A DNA stretch of 64,000 nucleotides from a virus. The stretch lies in IMG/VR virus record IMGVR_UViG_3300027608_000013; one strand, 5' to 3'. The notes under the pieces were generated by a model. That model worked only from the letters and a program-made list of their open reading frames with translations, made no database searches and was not told the origin of the DNA. Each line of letters begins with the position of its first letter. Within the stretch, counting starts at the first letter, position 1. Shown here piece after piece: positions 60,489 through 64,000 of the stretch. The position numbers were made by a program, and so were the translations under genes.

Positions 60489-60548
60489 ACCCGCCATGGT
60501 TAATGTATTAGGGACGTCCCTAGTCGCTCACACTTAGCGGGTTTTTTT
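60489..60548 (+). terminator. Stem ACCCGC/GCGGGT + T-run ending the tRNA island
   Basis: Inverted repeat with a large loop followed by TTTTTT. Confidence 0.45.
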
Positions 60549-60593
60549 ATGCACAAATATTTGATTTTGTATATATATTTTATATAATAAGTT

Positions 60594-61316
60594 ATGAAGA
60601 TGAGAATAACATTAATATCAGATACCCACGGAAAACATCGTTTATTAGATGAAGACTTACCAGGTGGCGACTTATTGATCCATGCCGGTGACTTTATGAA
60701 CGGTGGCTATGGTTTTGAAGAAGCAACAAGTTTTTTAGAGTGGTTCAATAAAATAGACAACTACACAGACAAAATATTCATTGCTGGTAATCACGATCGT
60801 GTATTTGAGAATACGCCACAGTGGGTTGAAACCAACTTGGCCAATTATCCTACAATAGATTACCTACAAGATGAGTCTTGGGTTGACTACGCGGATGGAC
60901 CGAACGGAGACTTTCCGGAAGACAATGTACGCGTATATGGTTCTCCATGGCAACCTGAGTTTCATAATTGGGCTTTTAATTTGCCACGTAACGGTGACGC
61001 AATGAAAGAGCGATGGGATGCAATACCTGACAATACAGATATCTTAATTACACACGGTCCACCCTTTGGACATTTAGATATTCCCGGAGGCCAAAACGTA
61101 CGAGCAGGGTGTGAAATGCTACGTCATCGTGTAGATACAATACATCCTAAGATACATGTATTTGGTCATATACATGGCGGTTGGGGACATTACTTTGATG
61201 GGCATACCCATTACTTCAATGCCTCAGTGTTAGATGAATCATATCGCTATACACAGACACCATGGACCTTTGATTGGAATCACCTAACAAATGAAATAGA
61301 ATGGATGGACAAGTAA
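60594..61316 (+). CDS. Calcineurin-like metallophosphoesterase (MPPED/239FB-like)
   Basis: 'ISDTH', 'HAGD', 'AGNHD', 'ITHGPP', 'FGHIH'. Confidence 0.92.
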   Translation: MKMRITLISDTHGKHRLLDEDLPGGDLLIHAGDFMNGGYGFEEATSFLEWFNKIDNYTDKIFIAGNHDRVFENTPQWVETNLANYPTIDYLQDESWVDYADGPNGDFPEDNVRVYGSPWQPEFHNWAFNLPRNGDAMKERWDAIPDNTDILITHGPPFGHLDIPGGQNVRAGCEMLRHRVDTIHPKIHVFGHIHGGWGHYFDGHTHYFNASVLDESYRYTQTPWTFDWNHLTNEIEWMDK

Positions 61317-61455
61317 TATTATTAACATATGTATTCCTTATCATTGGAATTGCATATTGGCACCATAAAGGAAGAAGACGATGATTTGCAGTGAAGATTT
61401 TAATGGATTCAATTTGGATAATGCAAATTAATTTCTTATAATAAAGAAAAAGAGT

Positions 61456-61680
61456 ATGGCAAAAGTAATTTTAGAGTTTGATCCTATTGAAGATAGAGAA
61501 GAAATGGAATCAGCTATCAATGGCGGTAAATGGAAAATGTTAGTATGGGATTTGGATCAGCATTTGCGGTCTGAATTAAAATACAATGAAGCAATTACCG
61601 GAGATGTATATGAAGCTCTAGAAAAACTTAGACAGCATCTTCATGAATTAAAAAGCGAAAGTGGTTTAACTTTGGAATAA
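61456..61680 (+). CDS. Hypothetical protein
   Basis: Follows TTGGAT-N17-TATAAT at 61414-61442. Confidence 0.6.
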   Translation: MAKVILEFDPIEDREEMESAINGGKWKMLVWDLDQHLRSELKYNEAITGDVYEALEKLRQHLHELKSESGLTLE

Positions 61681-61681
61681 A

Positions 61682-61978
61682 ATGGCAAAGAGATTAACAA
61701 GAGAAGAAAAACGAGAACAAGCCGTAGTTGATTTGATTAACGAAATGTTTCAGATTGCTGGACTCACTGTTACCTTTAAAGACGTTCAAAATCAAGAAAA
61801 TTGGTTTAATCGGTATGAAATGACTGAAGAGCAACGTGAAGAATGGAAACGTTGGGGCAAAAAATATTTGATGAAAAAATTAGGTATGTATGCTTCGCGT
61901 GCAGAAAAAGAAATGTCTTGGATTGGATTAATGTGGGGACTAAAAACAAAAACAAATGAGCAAGATAAAGCAAACTAA
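61682..61978 (+). CDS. Hypothetical protein
   Basis: ORF in operon. Confidence 0.6.
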   Translation: MAKRLTREEKREQAVVDLINEMFQIAGLTVTFKDVQNQENWFNRYEMTEEQREEWKRWGKKYLMKKLGMYASRAEKEMSWIGLMWGLKTKTNEQDKAN

Positions 61979-62297
61979 GATACCAGTTCAACTAGAAGAC
62001 TTAGCTGAATTATTGACACAAAGTAAACCCAATTGGAAACTTGTTAGAGAACGAGATGGCATAACAAAACATTCAGTTAGCGTAACATGGATTGACTACA
62101 AAGAAGATGGATTCTTTAAAGAACGCCACGATACACCAGCAGTTGGTAGGTCATTGCTTATGTCTCCTTTCACTCAGTTTTTTACTTGGCAAACAACCGT
62201 TATAACAGAAATTACGGAACAAAGAGAAGACTATATTAAATTTAAAACAGAAAATAGTAATTACGAATTATTTAAACTAGAAAATGAAAAACTTTAG
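61956..62297 (+). CDS. Hypothetical protein
   Basis: ORF in operon. Confidence 0.6.
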   Translation: MSKIKQTKIPVQLEDLAELLTQSKPNWKLVRERDGITKHSVSVTWIDYKEDGFFKERHDTPAVGRSLLMSPFTQFFTWQTTVITEITEQREDYIKFKTENSNYELFKLENEKL

Positions 62298-62871
62298 CTA
62301 TTTAAAAACATTTGTGTCTCCATTTAAAAGACCTAAATTTGAATTCTATTTGGGTAAAACGGCAATAGGAACTCCTTACTTTTATCCTCGAAGATGGATT
62401 AAGGCAACACCAGCATTGGCTCGAGAAGCTGCTTTGCGAGAAATAAAACGTGTAGAAGATTTTAATACTCGCAATGCAAAAAATGGATCCACTCAAACAG
62501 TACCTGATTATGACACAGCATATGCTCGCGCAATGAGATGTAGATATCCAAAAGACAAATGCGTTGGCATTGACTTTGTTGAATTGGGATGGAAAACAAA
62601 ATGGTCAGCAACAGATATTCGGTTTGAATGGTCACCGCGTTGGTCATTTGTATGCTTTGGCTATCAATTTGTTGTAACATTTTGTGCACCAGAAGAATCA
62701 CATTATTGGGAATCTTGGTTGTATTATGAATTGCATACCGACAAAACCAAATCCAGACGAGAACGCATTGCACAATGTCGAGAGAAGTTTCCAAATATTT
62801 GGGTTAGGCATACAACGGATGGAGAAGAAAAAACTAATTACTATGATTTAATCTTAAGAAAAGGATATTAA
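62284..62871 (+). CDS. Hypothetical protein
   Basis: Trp-rich ORF in operon. Confidence 0.6.
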   Translation: MKNFSYLKTFVSPFKRPKFEFYLGKTAIGTPYFYPRRWIKATPALAREAALREIKRVEDFNTRNAKNGSTQTVPDYDTAYARAMRCRYPKDKCVGIDFVELGWKTKWSATDIRFEWSPRWSFVCFGYQFVVTFCAPEESHYWESWLYYELHTDKTKSRRERIAQCREKFPNIWVRHTTDGEEKTNYYDLILRKGY

Positions 62872-62872
62872 A

Positions 62873-63091
62873 ATGAAAAAATTATTATTGATTTTGCCGG
62901 TTTTGGTTGCGTGTAAAGCATCTAAACCAAGTTGCGAAGCATATGGATCCATTCCAAGAGCGGATACCGTATACTTGGAACAAATACATGATCATTTCGA
63001 AACTGATTCAACTTATAAGTGTATATACTTTCCGGAGGAAACATTTATAATTACGTATCACGATACAAGCACACAAGTTCAAACAAAATAA
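62873..63091 (+). CDS. Putative lipoprotein
   Basis: MKKLLLILPVLVA-C lipobox-like signal. Confidence 0.55.
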   Translation: MKKLLLILPVLVACKASKPSCEAYGSIPRADTVYLEQIHDHFETDSTYKCIYFPEETFIITYHDTSTQVQTK

Positions 63092-63107
63092 AAAAAAAAG
63101 GAAAATT

Positions 63108-63575
63108 ATGGAAATTACATCATTCGTTTTAGGAGTACTAGCGATTGTTACAGTAGCAATGGTTGCTGTGATTGTTGTAGGTATTGTTAAGATACTGAAA
63201 TTAACTAAACAAGTAAACTATGTAACAACGCGTTTAAATATATCGCGAGGCGAATTGTATCGTTATATTGACGATACTAAGGCAGATGTTTGGCGCCAAT
63301 TTGAAGAAACAGGGCGTGATGTCACTGTGGTTGAAAAAACCATTATCAATCAAATTGATCAAACTAATCAAGAACTTCATCGAAGGATTGATCAACTTAA
63401 TCAAGAACTTGATGTTAAGATTACGCAGGCTCGACAAGAAACAGGTAAATCAACGCATACAGTGCGCACTGATTTAAGTGGTTATATTGATTCGCGCATT
63501 GACAAACTTATTGACACTTATTTTGAATACAACTCAATAAGTAAGAAATCAAAAAAAGAAGTTATTAACGGATAA
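63108..63575 (+). CDS. N-terminally anchored coiled-coil membrane protein
   Basis: One TM followed by heptad-like repeats ('IDQTNQEL..IDQLNQEL'). Confidence 0.6.
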   Translation: MEITSFVLGVLAIVTVAMVAVIVVGIVKILKLTKQVNYVTTRLNISRGELYRYIDDTKADVWRQFEETGRDVTVVEKTIINQIDQTNQELHRRIDQLNQELDVKITQARQETGKSTHTVRTDLSGYIDSRIDKLIDTYFEYNSISKKSKKEVING

Positions 63576-63597
63576 AAAAATATTTGAATTTGTGTGT

Positions 63598-63625
63598 AAA
63601 GGGCTTGGATAACAGGCCCTTTTTT
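63598..63625 (+). terminator. Terminator hairpin overlapping a promoter-like motif
   Basis: AAAGGGCT-tggataaca-GGCCCTTT followed by a T-run. Confidence 0.6.
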
Positions 63626-63650
63626 GCTATTATATAGAAAATAAAGAGTT

Positions 63651-63905
63651 ATGAAAAAAAGAAGTTTTAAATTGATTGTGTTGCGCACATTGAAACGTCT
63701 AGGATTGTTATGCAAACCACCGGTGAAATCGCAATATATAAAAGTAGCATCTGTTGCATATCCAGATGGTACCCGTAACATATTATCAGGAAAAGTACAT
63801 CGCGATAAAGTTGTTAACGAACATGATTTAGCATCAGCAATACATGTATGGAAAGAGGTAAGAAAGAAACCAGCAACCCGTAAAAGAGTATCAACTAAAA
63901 AATAA
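63651..63905 (+). CDS. Basic hypothetical protein
   Basis: ORF with AGTTATG start context. Confidence 0.55.
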   Translation: MKKRSFKLIVLRTLKRLGLLCKPPVKSQYIKVASVAYPDGTRNILSGKVHRDKVVNEHDLASAIHVWKEVRKKPATRKRVSTKK

Positions 63906-63929
63906 AAATAAACAAAAAAAAGTAAAATT

Positions 63930-64000
63930 ATGGAAAAATTAGAACAATTGAAAAAAGAAATGTTGGATGCAAAAGAAGCATATGAAACATTCAAAACAAA
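63930..64000 (+). CDS. Partial ORF running off the window
   Basis: MEKLEQLKKEMLDAKEAYETFK... Confidence 0.4.
   Translation, partial: MEKLEQLKKEMLDAKEAYETFKT

Overview
This 64 kb window is AT-rich, densely coding and almost entirely on the + strand. It looks like part of a large lytic dsDNA (jumbo-type) phage genome, probably infecting Bacteroidota (T9SS type B C-terminal domain, Flavobacteria-style secreted proteins, ClpS). Gene order: (1) replication and nucleotide metabolism: RecA C-terminus, 5'-3' exonuclease, DnaB, class II RNR, PolB, clamp and clamp loader, dUTPase, plus two free-standing HNH/NUMOD3 endonucleases; (2) interleaved with it, a 7-deazaguanine pathway (folE, queD, queE, dpdL-like, glycosyltransferase, dpdA/TGT-like, no queC in the window); (3) a 13 kb glycan cluster; (4) lysis and late/virion genes, many sharing an N-terminal 'MIxLKxLLxE' motif; (5) MoxR AAA+/VWA, GroEL and thyA; (6) secreted T9SS-type cargo genes; (7) a tRNA and structured-ncRNA island. 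The most striking signal is in the exonuclease gene, which carries an in-frame CTT-TAG-CTT inside its conserved DGLN motif, about 100 nt downstream of an HNH endonuclease gene. This is a candidate minimal ribosomal stop-hop plus homing endonuclease cassette, analogous to T4 mobA/gene 60. All assignments come from reading motifs by eye; no searches were run.
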